Part shown: positions 13,780-26,672 of the stretch, one piece after another
Layout of the letters: each line of letters starts with the position of its first letter
Numbering within the stretch: the first letter of the stretch is position 1
Source of the DNA: Octopus sinensis
Lineage: Eukaryota
NCBI RefSeq assembly: GCF_006345805.1
Contig: NC_043015.1
Coordinates: 11,408,001 to 11,472,000 of the forward strand
Reading direction: 5' to 3'
DNA length: 64,000 nucleotides
Translations under genes and position numbers: made by a program
The notes under the pieces: model-generated
Told to the model about the DNA's origin: nothing
The model's database searches: none
Seen by the model: only the letters and a program-made list of their open reading frames with translations

Positions 13780-13831
<52 letters not shown>

Positions 13832-14120
13832 AAATCGGAGTAGAAAATAAACTCCGATTTTGCGTATGTGAATCGCAGGGTTATGTCGTATATGGAGCTC
13901 CCACTTGTAGAAAATGGAAATAAGCAGTCTCTGACTGCCATTTCTAATTCTTTCGGTATGCGGCAGAGCAACCTGTTGCCTACCCTTTTACTTATATACT
14001 ATATATACTGAACTCTACAGAAGTTCCCGACGCTAAAAGTCATATTTACATACCGAAATCTACCGGTAAATAATTGCTGGTTGTCTGAAAAACCATCGAA
14101 AAAATTAGTTACCCTTTTAT

Positions 14121-14157
<37 letters not shown>

Positions 14158-14160
<3 letters not shown>

Positions 14161-14364
14161 GGTGTCCCAGAAGTCGCGCACCATTCTGGTTTTCATTAAA
14201 AGTAATTTAAGCATCTTATTTTATATTTTTTCTGCATGTTTTATCGTAGAGGCTGCTCAATTTGAGCATTTGTTACGATTAATCTCAATAACGTGTTTTT
14301 GAAATTAATAAGGGTGTATTCTTTAAAAAAAAATAGGATGGTGTGCAACTTCTGGGACACCCTG
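14158..14364. mobile_element. Tc1/mariner-type MITE (207 bp)
   Basis: TIRs cagggtgtcccagaagtcgcgcaccattct / aggatggtgtgcaacttctgggacaccctg, TA flanks. Confidence 0.9.
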
Positions 14365-14919
14365 TATATATATGGATATTTATATATATATACATTTGAC
14401 AGGGGCAGAAGGAAGTGCAACCTTTGTGTATCCGAACTCTTCCGTATATTGTTCGCCAGAGACCGGATGGTAAACGGACTTTTACAGTCGGCTTTTCGAT
14501 GCCCCCACTGGCGGCGTTATACTTATCTTGCTTATAAATAACGCTTATAAATAATACCTGCACCCGGTTACACTACTTATATGAAAATAGCACTTGGAAA
14601 TAAATTCTGAAAAACTTTTAAGAGAAATATGATTAACCATTGCAAGGGGAATTACTCCTGGGAGACGAATGGTGGTTTGTCTTGACGACGGGGGGTTTCT
14701 TTGACAAGGCAGGTTTAGACGAACACACGCACACCCGACGGATTTTACAGCAGTGACCATTGTGTAGGGCTGTTTACCAACTGACGGCCACGTGATCAAA
14801 CGCACATACGAACACATAGAACAGTACACACACATGTTTCTAAGTAGATTTTGTCTCGCCCCATATAATACACCTAATATTCTTTAAATAGTCAGAACTT
14901 TAGTCTCGGTCACAAAGAA

Positions 14920-15242
14920 CATCTAAGCACCCCGTGCTCCCACCCACCGGAATGACCGCTGCCTGACCCGTTAAAACCTTCAACGCACCCACCACCAGTT
15001 TTCAACATACATTGATAAACAGTTTGGCCATGGGCTCTTAGGAGCCTCGTTCGATTTGTTTTGCTCCGCCTCTGTTCTGTTTTGTTTTTTCCAACTGATT
15101 TCCTATTTCTTCCTGAAGAGAAAGACACAATATGGTCTCCTTATTCAATCGGAATTTGGTAAATTGTGCCTTTCGAAACACGTGTAGAATGCAATAAAAC
15201 GATTTCTGTTCAATCTTCGTTCAACTCCATTTCTTCAATTCA

Positions 15243-15247
<5 letters not shown>
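14920..15247 (+). mobile_element. Hammerhead-bearing repeat family H2 (PLE pseudo-LTR-like)
   Basis: 15020-15247 is near-identical to both arms of 53285-53746; ends in a (TA)n tract. Confidence 0.75.
15107..15193 (+). ncRNA. Type I hammerhead ribozyme with extended helix II (H2)
   Basis: ttcttc CTGAAGA gaaagacacaat...attgtgcctttc GAAAC acgt GTA gaatgca. 12-bp helix II stem with one mismatch; palindromic helix III loop ACGT. Confidence 0.75.
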
Positions 15248-15317
<70 letters not shown>

Positions 15318-15391
15318 AATATTAGGGAATAAATCCAAACTTACAGGGAAAAATCAGATTTAGGATTGAATCCAATTTATAGTAAAATATT

Positions 15392-15629
15392 ATATTATAT
15401 TAAATTAGAGACAAAACCACTATTATGCAAATCAAACAAAGAAAGACTTAATCCAATACATAAATTAATTTATATTATTTTGAAATTTAACAATTATTAA
15501 TTATTAATATTATTAATATTGTTAAATATTGTTAAATTTCAAAATAATATAACTTAATTTATGTATTTGATTAAGTCTTTCTTTGTTTGATTTGCATAAT
15601 AGTGGTTTTGTCTCTAATTTAATATAATA
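15392..15629. repeat. AT-rich fold-back (arms ~105 bp) at the end of a dispersed repeat
   Basis: aattagagacaaaaccactattatgcaaatcaaacaaagaaagacttaatc is inverted as gattaagtctttctttgtttgatttgcataatagtggttttgtctctaatt. A diverged single arm also occurs at ~58270-58345. Confidence 0.85.
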
Positions 15630-15633
15630 TATA

Positions 15634-15669
<36 letters not shown>

Positions 15670-15740
15670 TGTATGTATGTATGTATGTATGTATGTATGC
15701 ATGCATGTATGTATGTATGTGTGTATTACTGTATGCATAT

Positions 15741-15915
15741 TTGTGTGTGTCTGTCTTTGTCTCCCCGCCATCGCTTGGCAGCCGATGTTTGTGTGATTCC
15801 TGAAAATTAGCGGTTCGGTAAAACAGATGGAATGCGTCCAGGTTTCGATTTGTTCGACTAAAGGCGGTGCTGCCCAGCATGACAGCAGTCAAATGGCCGA
15901 AAAAAAGTAAAATAA
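15741..15915 (+). mobile_element. SINE family A 3' half, diverged
   Basis: ttcgactaaaggcggtgctgcccagcatgacagcagtcaaatgg tail motif. Confidence 0.7.
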
Positions 15916-15953
15916 TAAAATAATAATGTATATATATATATATATATATATAT

Positions 15954-16271
15954 CACTCCTTCACCTGCACCTCCAGCAATATTATCTATTGCATCTCTTG
16001 CTCTCTCTGCAATTCCTTGTACATCGGACAAACGGGACGCCGCTTGGCTCACCGGTTCGCGGAACACCTTCGTGACATCGACCTTGCGAACGACACACCG
16101 GTCTCACGCCATTTCCGCTCCACCGGTCACTCCTTGCAACACCTATCTGTGTTCGGTTTGTCCTTACACAGAGGCCATCCGGATTCCCGTTTGCGCCGTG
16201 AACAGGAATTAATCTTCTCTCTTCGCTCTTATACGCCATTTGGTCTCAACTCTCCTCCCCTCCTCATCTAA
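15954..16271 (+). pseudogene. Penelope-like element GIY-YIG endonuclease fragment (5'-truncated, open frame)
   Basis: In-frame HSFTCTSSNIIYCISCSLCNSLYIGQTGRRLAHRFAEH...HF...GH...REQELIFSL...PFGLN carries the IY / CxxC / YIGQT and E...GLN motifs of PLE endonucleases. Confidence 0.9.
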
Positions 16272-17277
16272 CCCCCCTCTCCCCCCTCCTCACCTATCCT
16301 TTCCCCCCGACCCCTACTTCTTCAGTCCTTCATCCTTTCACCCCTACTCCCCTTCCCTTCTTCCCTCTTTCTCCCTCCCTCCTTCCCTCTTCCCCTTCCC
16401 TCTGCTCCCTCACTCCCTCTCTCCCCTTCTCTCTCCCCCTCTCCCTCTTTCCTCCTTCCTCCCCCTCATCCCCTTCCTTCTCCCCCTCCTCTCTCTCCCC
16501 ATCCTCTCTCTCCCCCATCTCCTTCTTCTTCTTCGCCTCCCCTTCTCTCCCCCATCTCCCCCTCTCCCCCTCTCCCCCTCCCCCTCTTCTCCTCACTACA
16601 CCACACACGACTTTACACATCACATCATATATGATGTGCCATACTAATACATACACACAATACATACTAATACGTACTAATAATACATACTAATACATAC
16701 TATACATACACCAACCCTATACATACACACGTCCAGACCCCTCATACGCACTTATACTCTCTCATACACACACACACACTTATACATACTAATACGTACT
16801 AATACATACTAATACAAACTAATACATACACCAACCCCATACATACGCACGTCCAGACCAATCCTACGCACTAATACTCTCTCATACACACACACACACC
16901 CTTATACATACTAATACATACACCAACCCTATACATACACACGTCCAGACCCCTCCTACGCACTATTAGCTGGTCCTTCAACCCTATTATCAACCCTATT
17001 ATCTCCCCTTATTTCGCTCTCGCGTCTCATGTTTGATCTTTGACCTCTGGCCGAAATTAGATCGCCATGTTGATTCGTTAGCTACTGCACGCATTTTTTT
17101 TCTCTCCTTCTTTCTGTGTTTTTTTTTTCTCTCTGTGTATCTTTCTGTTGAAGAGCGTATGCTCGAAACGTTAAAGACTTGTTTTATTTATATTTCCTGA
17201 GCGCCATACTAATACAATTGTTCGTTTGTTTTCCACCTGCCTTCGTCTTTTGTCTATTTTCATAAAGCTTCCCGTTA
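16272..17277 (+). mobile_element. 3' region of the same PLE: polypyrimidine tract, ~110-120-bp imperfect tandem repeats, terminal repeat family H3
   Basis: Contiguous with the GIY-YIG ORF. 17063-17277 recurs inverted at 52132-52329 and ends at (TA)n. Confidence 0.65.
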
Positions 17278-17469
17278 TATATATATATATTATATATTCA
17301 TATATACATATATTCTTTACTAACAAAGCTGTTATATATGTGTTTCTGTGTGTGTGTGTGTTCGTGTGTTTATGTGTGTGTGCGTATGCAGATAGATATA
17401 GAAAGAGAGAGAGAGGGAGATAGTAATAGAGATAGTGTGTGTGAGTGACAGAACTAGAGAGGGAGAACT

Positions 17470-17615
17470 TTTTCCAGTTTCACTCAGCCATATCCACTCA
17501 GAAGTCTTTGGTCGACTCAGGGTTATCATAGAAAGCTCTGTCCTAAGGTGCCACACAGTGTAAACTGTTCAGGGGGCCATGTGGTTGGGAAGTGAACTTC
17601 TTAAACACTTATTCA
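17470..17615 (-). mobile_element. SINE family A, strongly diverged
   Basis: ctttggtcgactcagggttat...aaggtgccacacagtg...ccatgtggttgggaag. Confidence 0.6.
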
Positions 17616-19822
17616 TACCCATATATAAATCAAACTGTAATTGACAGAAAATACGAAGATAGAAATATCTAGTGAAGTGCTAAAGATAACGGTTTCAAAA
17701 GAATATACTATAAATGGGAATTATGTTTCCTTCATGTCCAGTATATCGTCTTATTCCTGGTCGAGTACACAGGATAACTTAGCTTAGGATATAATTATGC
17801 GTAAAATGAGTGTGACCTTAGTTGGAAATGCTGGTCAAGCGAAAGAAATTCAAAGTATTTATAACAATGGATAACTTGTTTTAGAATCAATACGGCAAAC
17901 TTGTTTGAAATAGTACCACACCAGTACAGCAGAATTTAGAAGAGATTTAACAGGGCGAGAGTAAACATGGTTGATCACTGCAACGCTACGTAAAACGAAG
18001 GGTCTAGCTACTACATTGTCAGCAATACCTCTTAGAATGCCAAGATTCTCGAACGTCTTCGATTACTGCAATGGTACAATTGATGGCTAAATACTAAAGT
18101 GGTGTTGAAAAGTTTAGAGAGAGAGAGAAGAGAGAGAACGTCAGTTTTAAAAACTGCAGAATAAATCAAAAGAAACCGCTCTGTAGATATTGAAAAACCA
18201 GATTAAAAACGCTATAACTCTAGAATAAACAGTTAACTCATAGCAATATTATCAGGGGATGTGACACCACAACTGTAAAAAAAATGAATAATTTGAACAA
18301 ACTTAGTCCAACACAACGGTTTCAATTTCCAATTCAAGCATTTTCCCTTCACCCGTATATTTCAGGTATTTTGTAAAGATATCAACAACGTGCTTTCTCT
18401 AATTCTTTTTTCTTTCTTCTAAAATATGAGACTTTTTGTGTTATGTCAAAAATCTAATGGAAATCAATGACACAACAGCGCATTAGATAAGACAAACTAT
18501 TTGTACAATTCGTATTCAGGAAAATGATTTTATGCGTTCATGCGGTTATCTTGGGAAATAACAATATATTTTACACTGAGAACATGCAAGCAATGATTCT
18601 ATGGAGATATGATGGATGGTATGAATTCTTTCTAAGAATACGTATGAATAGAACCAAGTGATAAAGCAATATCGTAGATTATCGCAATGAAATATTGCTC
18701 CGGGTCCCAAAGTGTATAATGTGAGACTTTTTATGTGTCATGGCTGGAATAACTTGTAGTTGTAATATATAATGACGATTCTGTTGATGTGTAGGAAGTA
18801 ATCTGCTGAATAATCGAGCATATTTGTCAACTTTGAATAACTTTTCTTTCACTTCATTTTTGTGAATAGCATTATGGCACAGTGTCAACATTTCTTTCTC
18901 ATCGGACTGATCAGATTTGAACTATTGCTCGAGGCCAATAAGTGTTGAAAAAAGTGAATTTATAAATTTTACCGGAATATGAAGTAAAAGCTTGCTTTTT
19001 TAATATTGTGAAACATCGTGGCAAAATTGATAGGTTGGCAAGACAGCCATTCTTGTTGTTCGTATCTTTCTTCGGCACTACAGTTCATTCATACATCGAT
19101 ACGTTGCTACCATTTATAACGCCAGCAGTTTTGCAAAATAAAGTGCAAATTCAAATCCGATGCATCAATCTCGCTTCCTCTCCCTCTGTCTCTTTCTCTT
19201 TCTCTCTGTCTCCCTCTCTTTTTTTCTCTCTCTCTTTCTTTCTCTCTCTCTATCTGAAAAACATTTTCTTTGCGCTGCTACGTTTCTCCTCTCTTCATCT
19301 ATTCTTTCTGTAGAAGAGCCTAGGCTCTAATGTTAGAGACTGTGTGTGTGTGTGTGCGTGTGCGTGTGTGTGTGTGTGTATGTGTGTGTGTGTGTGTGAG
19401 TGTGTGTGTGTGTGTGTAGCAATTTAAATGAGCCTACCGACTCATAAAATGTAACCTCATGAAAAAAAATTGGGGCGGTTGCCTTTTACATACTAATATG
19501 ATTTGCACTCAGAACAGACAGATATTAAAACAATCATTTTTAGAGCATTTGTAGCGAAAGGTCAACTGATAACAACTGATGAAATTTGTATCAAGCCATT
19601 TGGATTATTCATTACACACTGGTGGAATATTAAAATTATTATTGCTGATTGCCGGAGTGAATGTTTAACAGGATTAGTCTCTAAATGAAGAGAAGATGGT
19701 ATGATATGAGCTGATAATACTACTCATGTGATGCAATCCACTGGTTATCTACGTTGATAGAATAACGGGCAAGGTTTATCACGTTTATCAATGTAGCTGT
19801 TTCGACTTTATTCTCACATAAT

Positions 19823-20036
19823 CCCTTCTACTATAGGCACGAGGACTGAAATTTAGTGGGAGGGTGTAAGTCGATTGCATCAACCCCAGTGCGTAACTGG
19901 TACTTATTTAATCAATCCCGAAAGGATGAAAGGCAAAGTCGACCACGGCGGAATTTGAACTCAGAACGTAAACACGGACGAAATCCCGCTAAGCATTTTA
20001 CCCAACGTACTAACGACTCTGCCAGCTCATCTCCTC
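19823..20036 (-). mobile_element. SINE family B, full-length monomer with 18-bp TSD
   Basis: TSD actttattctcacataat at 19805-19822 and 20037-20054; head through tail present. Confidence 0.9.
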
Positions 20037-23000
20037 ACTTTATTCTCACATAATAATTGCCCTTTTAGAGGCCGAATTAATCTTATCAGATCAAATCCAG
20101 TATTAACTGACCCTTCGTCTTTAGAGATGTAACATGATTCTATTACTTTACATTTACACACAGGAGGTGGTTTGCTAAAGATATTTGAGTGTGGGTAAAT
20201 TTCCTTGTTTTACGAAACTCCGACATTTTATGTTCTAGATTCTAATCCCGTCCAATACTTTATTTATTATTATTATTTATTTATTTTTTGCAATTAATCC
20301 ATCCTTCAATTGTTGTTATATGATTTGTCCCTATAACAGAAGTACAATTTGCATTTGCATAACTTCAAATCATATGCTGGTCGACTTTAGCTTTCATTAT
20401 TGCGTGATAGTTACAAGTACATGATAAAGAGATACTGGGGTCTAATTAAAAGGCTATATGCTGCCATACTTTTCTCAAAGGGCGTAATTTTGTACCAATT
20501 TTAGAACTAAGCATTTTGACAGATACTGATATTAACCTCAGGGTAGAAGTAAAAGTTTCTTCTTCGAACAAAACCAACAACATTCAGTATTCACGGCCCT
20601 GATAATGATGATAAAAGATCAAATGGGTCGAATATTAGTGTATTTGTGAATACTGATTTCCAACAATTACACAAAGTCGTATCATTTGGGTGAGGAATGT
20701 TATCGATTAAACCCAGCAAGGTATTTAATTTTCCAGTACGTTTTTTCTTGTACATCATTGTCACGATCAAGAAAGGATAATAACAGTGAAATCTATGGGG
20801 ACTTGGAGACTGAACGTAAACAGCGGTAACTAATTATGGAAAATATTTTGCGCGACGCCATTCTAATCTATCACGACAGTCCCTTGCTAACGATTGCTAA
20901 AATACATTTCACTAATATATTTTCATCTTAGGCAAAAGACAAACTGTGTTCATCTCCAAAAATGAAGTTAGTAGTTGTAAAAATTATATTCATATTCCTC
21001 ACAAATTATATACAAAATTTTACACGTTTATTAATTACTGTAATCTCTCCTATCGATTCAAGCGTGATGTTAATTTAGAAAGAATTCGAAATTCGAAAAT
21101 AGATTAACACGTTCAGAATTCCATCATTCCATCACTATGCGTATGCACATCTCTGTGTTTAAGTAAGTCACTTCGCAATCTTGTGGAAAGTGGCTGAATT
21201 AGAATTTACAACATTTTAGGCAAATGTCTTCTACAATATCCAGGCCGAAGCAATAATTTATGCGAGAAATTTTGTTGACGGAGGCTGTGGTGGTGTTCTT
21301 AATATATATAAGGATGAAGAAATATTTACATAACCAGTGAATCACAACACACGAATTGTATTATCAGCTCATATCATGGCATCTTCTCTTTATTTATAGA
21401 CTACTTCTGTTAAACATTCACTCCGGCAATAATAATTTTGATATTCCACCTGTGTGCAATGACTAATCCAATGTGCTTGATAAAAACGTTTTGTCAAATT
21501 ATATAAAAAAATTAATATTAAATTGAAGGATTACTCAATACTTTTGAACAGAATATGTTTATTAAATATTTACAAGTTTTGAAGTTGCTTCGAATTATGG
21601 GATTGTTCCCCTTGGTGAGACTGTGCTGCACCCGGGTTCTTTTGAGCTTTATATAGCCTTTTCCACGCTGTGTGTTGGTAGCAAGTGAGATTTTGTGAAA
21701 TGATAATAAAATCTGTTGTAGATACGGGTTGGACGTAGATGCATTGGGAGGGGATTAGACTAGGGTAGGAGGAAAGTACCTGTATATAGTGAGCAGTTTG
21801 GTAGAAAGCTTTTGTGAACAGATTTTGATTGGTCTGATAGGGGTATTTTGGGAATTCAGGGTTCAGTAGAAAGTGCAAGAAACCGTGTAAACATGTGCAT
21901 GAAATTCAGGTCACGGCATTCTTTCTACAAAAAGTTTTTGTTTTTCGTTTCGTTTTATGGTTCACAAGACATAAACAATGTTTGTATATAGATAATTTCC
22001 CCAACCACATATACATATTTATGTAAATGCATACAAGCACACACGCAAGCGCACAGATCCGCACACACATATGTATATACACATAGAGTTACTTGTATAT
22101 TGCGTGTTTGTGTGTGTATGCGAGTAAAAGAGAGATTGTTTAAATCATATCCAGATGAATATAAGAGAAAATTAAAACTAGGATTTCAATTCTGCTCTTT
22201 ACGAAAAAAATAGTTTGTTTTGCAATGTTGTTTTTTCCCCGGAGATTCTCTCTCTGTTAGAAATTGTAATGATTGCTTAGTAGAAAATCTACGAGGCCAT
22301 TGTTCAAAAAGTTTGCCATAACACAATATAACTGAAAATAAACAAGTTTAGTTTAAAGATTAAATCCTCTAATTTGTTATATAAAATAAAAATCAAGTCT
22401 CTTCAGAGTTCGAATCGTTTTGTTTGAAGTCGCACATTAAAGGATATTTGCGGTTGTCGAGAGTCAAGTGACTGACGTTGAATTTGTCATCAAACGATAC
22501 AAGTTTAAAATACAAAACAAAAATAAGATAAAAAAGGTCAACGAATCCATCTTAATGATTTGTATTCAGATATTTATTTCATTGATTTGCGCTGAGGACG
22601 TCTACATCGAGTGGCACATCATTACGTCATTTGCTCTCAGAAACTGAAGGAACGAAAGTTAAATGCAGTAAATGGTTTTAAAGATATATTTACTCTGCTA
22701 TTACAATTTTATTGCTTTCATAATAATGGAGAAGTCAACATTTAGTTTTAAAATGTCCTCATTGATAGTTCTAAGGGTAGGTAATTGTTGACATGAATGT
22801 CTTTTCCTCACCTGAATAAATGAATCGAGATACACACACATAAACGCACGTTCATATGTATATAGGTATATAAGTATTTGAATGCTTGCACCTATGATTA
22901 TATTTGTGTGCACAATAAATGTCTTTAAATGCAACTAATAGTTCCATATGTTGAGAAACATTCAAACATATTCTTCAGGCACAAACCACATATCATAACG

Positions 23001-23787
23001 AACTAAAAGAATTGAATAGTAGAAGATAAATGCGAAAAAAACTGAGAAAGCAGCAGTTAGAAAACGCAGAAAGGAAAAAACAGAAAACAGAAAACGAAAT
23101 TGCAAACACTAAAAGTACAAAGATAAGAGATCTATCCTCCTTAGACCTTAAATCATAAGGTTAGAAAGATATGAAGATGTCAGTATGTGGTTTTGTATCA
23201 AAAATGTTCAAACAAACCGAGAACTAATGTGGGTCACCATATCCCGCCTTCAACGATAATATTGTTCCCCTCTGGTGGCGCCGGAGGCCAGTAGCCAGCC
23301 AGAAATTGTGAGCCAAAGAAGCTACCAAACCTGACAAAAGATGAAGAAACAAAAAAAAACATTATATGTACAACTAAGCAGGAAGTGAACATTCACGTAT
23401 GACATTAGTGTAAGACAATATGAGATAATAGAACGCGATCTTAGGGCCTGATAGGAGACAGAAGACGTCGGGAAAGTATACTAAAGGATTGACAGAGGGA
23501 GACTGAAACATGACGAGAGAAAATACGACCTCTTGAATTGACGGTCAGCGTGGAAAGGACTCCGTTAATGCTTTCAGAAAATTTGCCAGGGTTAACATTA
23601 CTTAGTTTTATATTTCTTGTTTGTTGATGTCTGTTTCTTTGTTTGGCTCTTCATCTCCCGGAGGCTTGCGCATGACCCTCTGGCCGATAACTGATGAGGA
23701 TTTGGGGACATGTGTCTGTTTCCATTTGTTTGTACATTTATTGCGTGTGTGAGTGTGTGTGTTTGTGTGCGCGTGCGCGTGCGTGTA

Positions 23788-24177
23788 TACTCTTTTACTT
23801 GTTTCAATCATTTGACTGCGGCCATGCTGGAGCACCGCCTTTAATCAAGCAACTCGACCCCGGGACTTATTCTTTGTAAGCCCAGTACTTATTCTATCGG
23901 TCTCTTTTACCGAACCGCTAAGTAACGGGGACATAAACACACCAGCATCAGTTGTCAAGCAATGCTAGGGGGACAAGCACAGACACAAAAACGCACATAT
24001 ATATACATATATACGACGAGCTTCTTTCAGTTTCCGTCTACCAAATTCACTCACAAGGCTTTGGTCGGCCCGAGGCTATAGTAGAAGACACTTGCCCAAG
24101 GTGCCATGCAGTGGGACTGAACTCAGAACCATGTGGTTGGTAAGCAAGCTACTTACCACACAGCCACTCCTGCGCCT
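23788..24177 (-). mobile_element. SINE family A, full length
   Basis: Head ggcgcaggagtggctgtgtggtaag with B-box-like ggttctgagttcagtccc; ccttgggcaagtg motif; internal microsatellite; tail ggcggtgctccagcatggccgcagtc...gaaacaagtaaaagagta. Confidence 0.9.
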
Positions 24178-25013
24178 ATCTCTGTGTGTGTTTCAGTGTG
24201 TGTGAGTCTTTTGTTTTATAGTAAAAACCTGTGATTTCACTTCTTCACCAAAACTTCGAACTATCATACCTTCATGGACCCTTCGTACAAGATGCACAAA
24301 CTTGCTTTCAGAGAAAACCCCTGAAGAATTACTTCGTTGCTTTTTAAAACAACTTCCATTGATAAAAAATTCAATGAACGGATTTTCATGTTACCTTTAT
24401 TTATCCCAAAGTATTATTGCAAGATAGATCCGGTCTATTTTATGCCGGTTCCGGGGGATGAAACTGGGAAACCAATAATTCGAGCCAATCGTTTACTTTG
24501 ACGTTTGCTCTGATGTGCGTCTTTGAAGATGTTTAGAAGAAACTTACCAAGCGGCATTACGAGGAGTGACAAAATAGAAATGCATTTAGATTAATGTCGA
24601 AACATGTTCTTCGTTGAGGATGAGAACTTATAATTATCGAGGGACCAGGAACTCAAGAACTTCGTATTTAATGTGAAACCCCCCTAAATACACATAAACA
24701 CACGCACACACATACACAGAATGGTGTTTCTTATATGATTGGCAGAAAGTGAATTTAACCGTAGGCGCTAAGAGCCGCTGCTAAGAACAAAGGTGTTCTA
24801 CGCCAAAATTCGAAATTGCTATACGGCTATGTACGTTAGGGACTTACCTCCCTTTGTCAGCCATTAATATAGTTCTTTAGTAGATTTAGAGGTAATTCAC
24901 CTCTTATATTAGCATAAGCGGTGCTAGCCAGCACCTTCTGTCATTTTTTGTTGACCTCTGTAACATTTGCCTTTAGGTTCGAATTGCTAATAAGCCACCC
25001 TGTTTAAGTTATG

Positions 25014-25066
<53 letters not shown>

Positions 25067-25264
25067 GAAGTATTTCACAGAAGTATTTACGTCCCTAAAA
25101 ACAAATAAAAATTAGTAAAACTGCCATTATTGTGATAATATCAAAGGAAGTCAAACGAAATTTATACTGAATAAAATATATTATACATACAACCATTATA
25201 CAAATTTTGAATGCAAAGCAATAAAAATGTTTCAAGATATGAACGAAATTTTAATTTCAAACGA

Positions 25265-26580
25265 TACAGAACTATGTACACCCTAAAGGATTATTTGCTA
25301 TATTCAATATTTGGTGTGACCACCCTTGCTTTCTTTTGGGTGTAGAGTCAAATAAATTCCCGAATATAAAAGATGAAATCGATCTCCGTCCATCCTGAAA
25401 GATGTCTTTCAACTGTGTTACATTGCGGGAAGATTTTCCACGACCTTCCTTTTCAAAACACCTCACAGATGTAGTATTATGTTTAAATCGGGTGACATGT
25501 TAAACCAAGACAAAACCTTTACCGTTTTTATCTGATAAAAACTTAGTCGTTATCTTTGAAGTATGTTGAGGGTCATTATCATGTTAGAACAGGGGCTGTC
25601 TTCCTCATTCCTTGATGATTTTCAACATTGTTTGCTGCAATATGCGACAATAAAACCTTGAGTGAATTGTTCTCCCAATAGATGTGAATCCTCCCACACC
25701 AACCACACGCATGCATCCCCAAACTATAACCCTTCCACCGCCGTGTTTCACGGTGTGCACGGTGTGTTTGTCACTATTATCTTAACCTTGTGGTCGCCAT
25801 ATTCGTTTGATACCATCTGACACAAACCAGTTGATTTTAGTCTCGTCAGAAAAAAAATATTCCCAAACTCTTTTAACTTATTCACGTTGGTTTCGGCAAA
25901 AGAAAGACGACTTCATTTATGCCTAGTAGTGAGGAGAGGTTTCCTACAAGGAATACGTCCATGAAACCACACTGGTTCAGATTTCGGCGAACTCTTTGGA
26001 CGGATACACTAACAGAAGACACTTCTTGGGCCAAAGACGAAGCGGAACTACGTCTGTCGTCCGCCACGCAACGTTGGATGTGGCGAATATCACGCGCAAT
26101 TAAAATAGAAGGACGACCTCCACGATGTTTATTGCTTAGCCATCCAATAACTTTGTACATGTGAATTACTTAGGAAATTGTGTTTACGCTAATATGTATT
26201 CGTTTGCTAATTAACTTGTATCCTAAATCATTCTTGTGCAAATCAAAAATAATTTTATTCAAATTTTCACACAACTCTTTTCCTTTTAGCGCCGTTTTAA
26301 TACCAATAAAGATTTTCACCACGGTACACACATCCAAATTCCTGCCGACGCAATAACGATTGCCGGTGCATGAATAGCAGGAGAAATAATTTATTAGAAT
26401 TGAAATAATCAGCAATATCTGAATTTAGTAAAAAGAACGTGGATAAAATCTTGAATATAGCAAATTTCCTTTAGGTTGTACATATTTTTGCAACGTTTGA
26501 AAGTTAAAATTTCGTCCATACCTTTGAAAATGTTTACTCTTTTGTGTTCCATATTCGTATAATATTCGCAAGTATAATGT
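25265..26580 (-). mobile_element. Decayed Tc1-family transposon
   Basis: Translations GGRPSIL..RDIRHIQRCVADDRRSSA, FSDETKINWF, TVKHGGGRVIVWGC, HDNDPQHTSK. Multiple frameshifts; ends approximate. Confidence 0.85.
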
Positions 26581-26672
26581 ATCTTACTCATATAAATTCC
26601 GTTTGATTTCCTTCGATATTATTAGAACCACTTCAGTGAGATACAGAATATATATAGATAAATATATATATA

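Noticed and set aside
16240-16665. Pro/Leu/Ser-rich and Glu/Gly/Arg-rich ORFs
   Set aside because: Translations of the C/T homopyrimidine tract in the PLE 3' region.
18420-18900. Hydrophobic minus-strand frames suggesting a receptor remnant
   Set aside because: Frames are inconsistent and AT-rich DNA gives hydrophobic translations by chance.
21570-21880. Possible PLE RT-EN linker remnant (also possible PLE RT at 39240-39620 and LINE scraps at 11880-12080, 32110-32330, 51790-52010)
   Set aside because: Only faint motif echoes by eye; needs a profile search before reporting.
23690-23726. HHR-like ctgatgaggatttggggacatgtgtc
   Set aside because: GAAA is replaced by GGGA and helices I and II do not pair; at best a dead relic.
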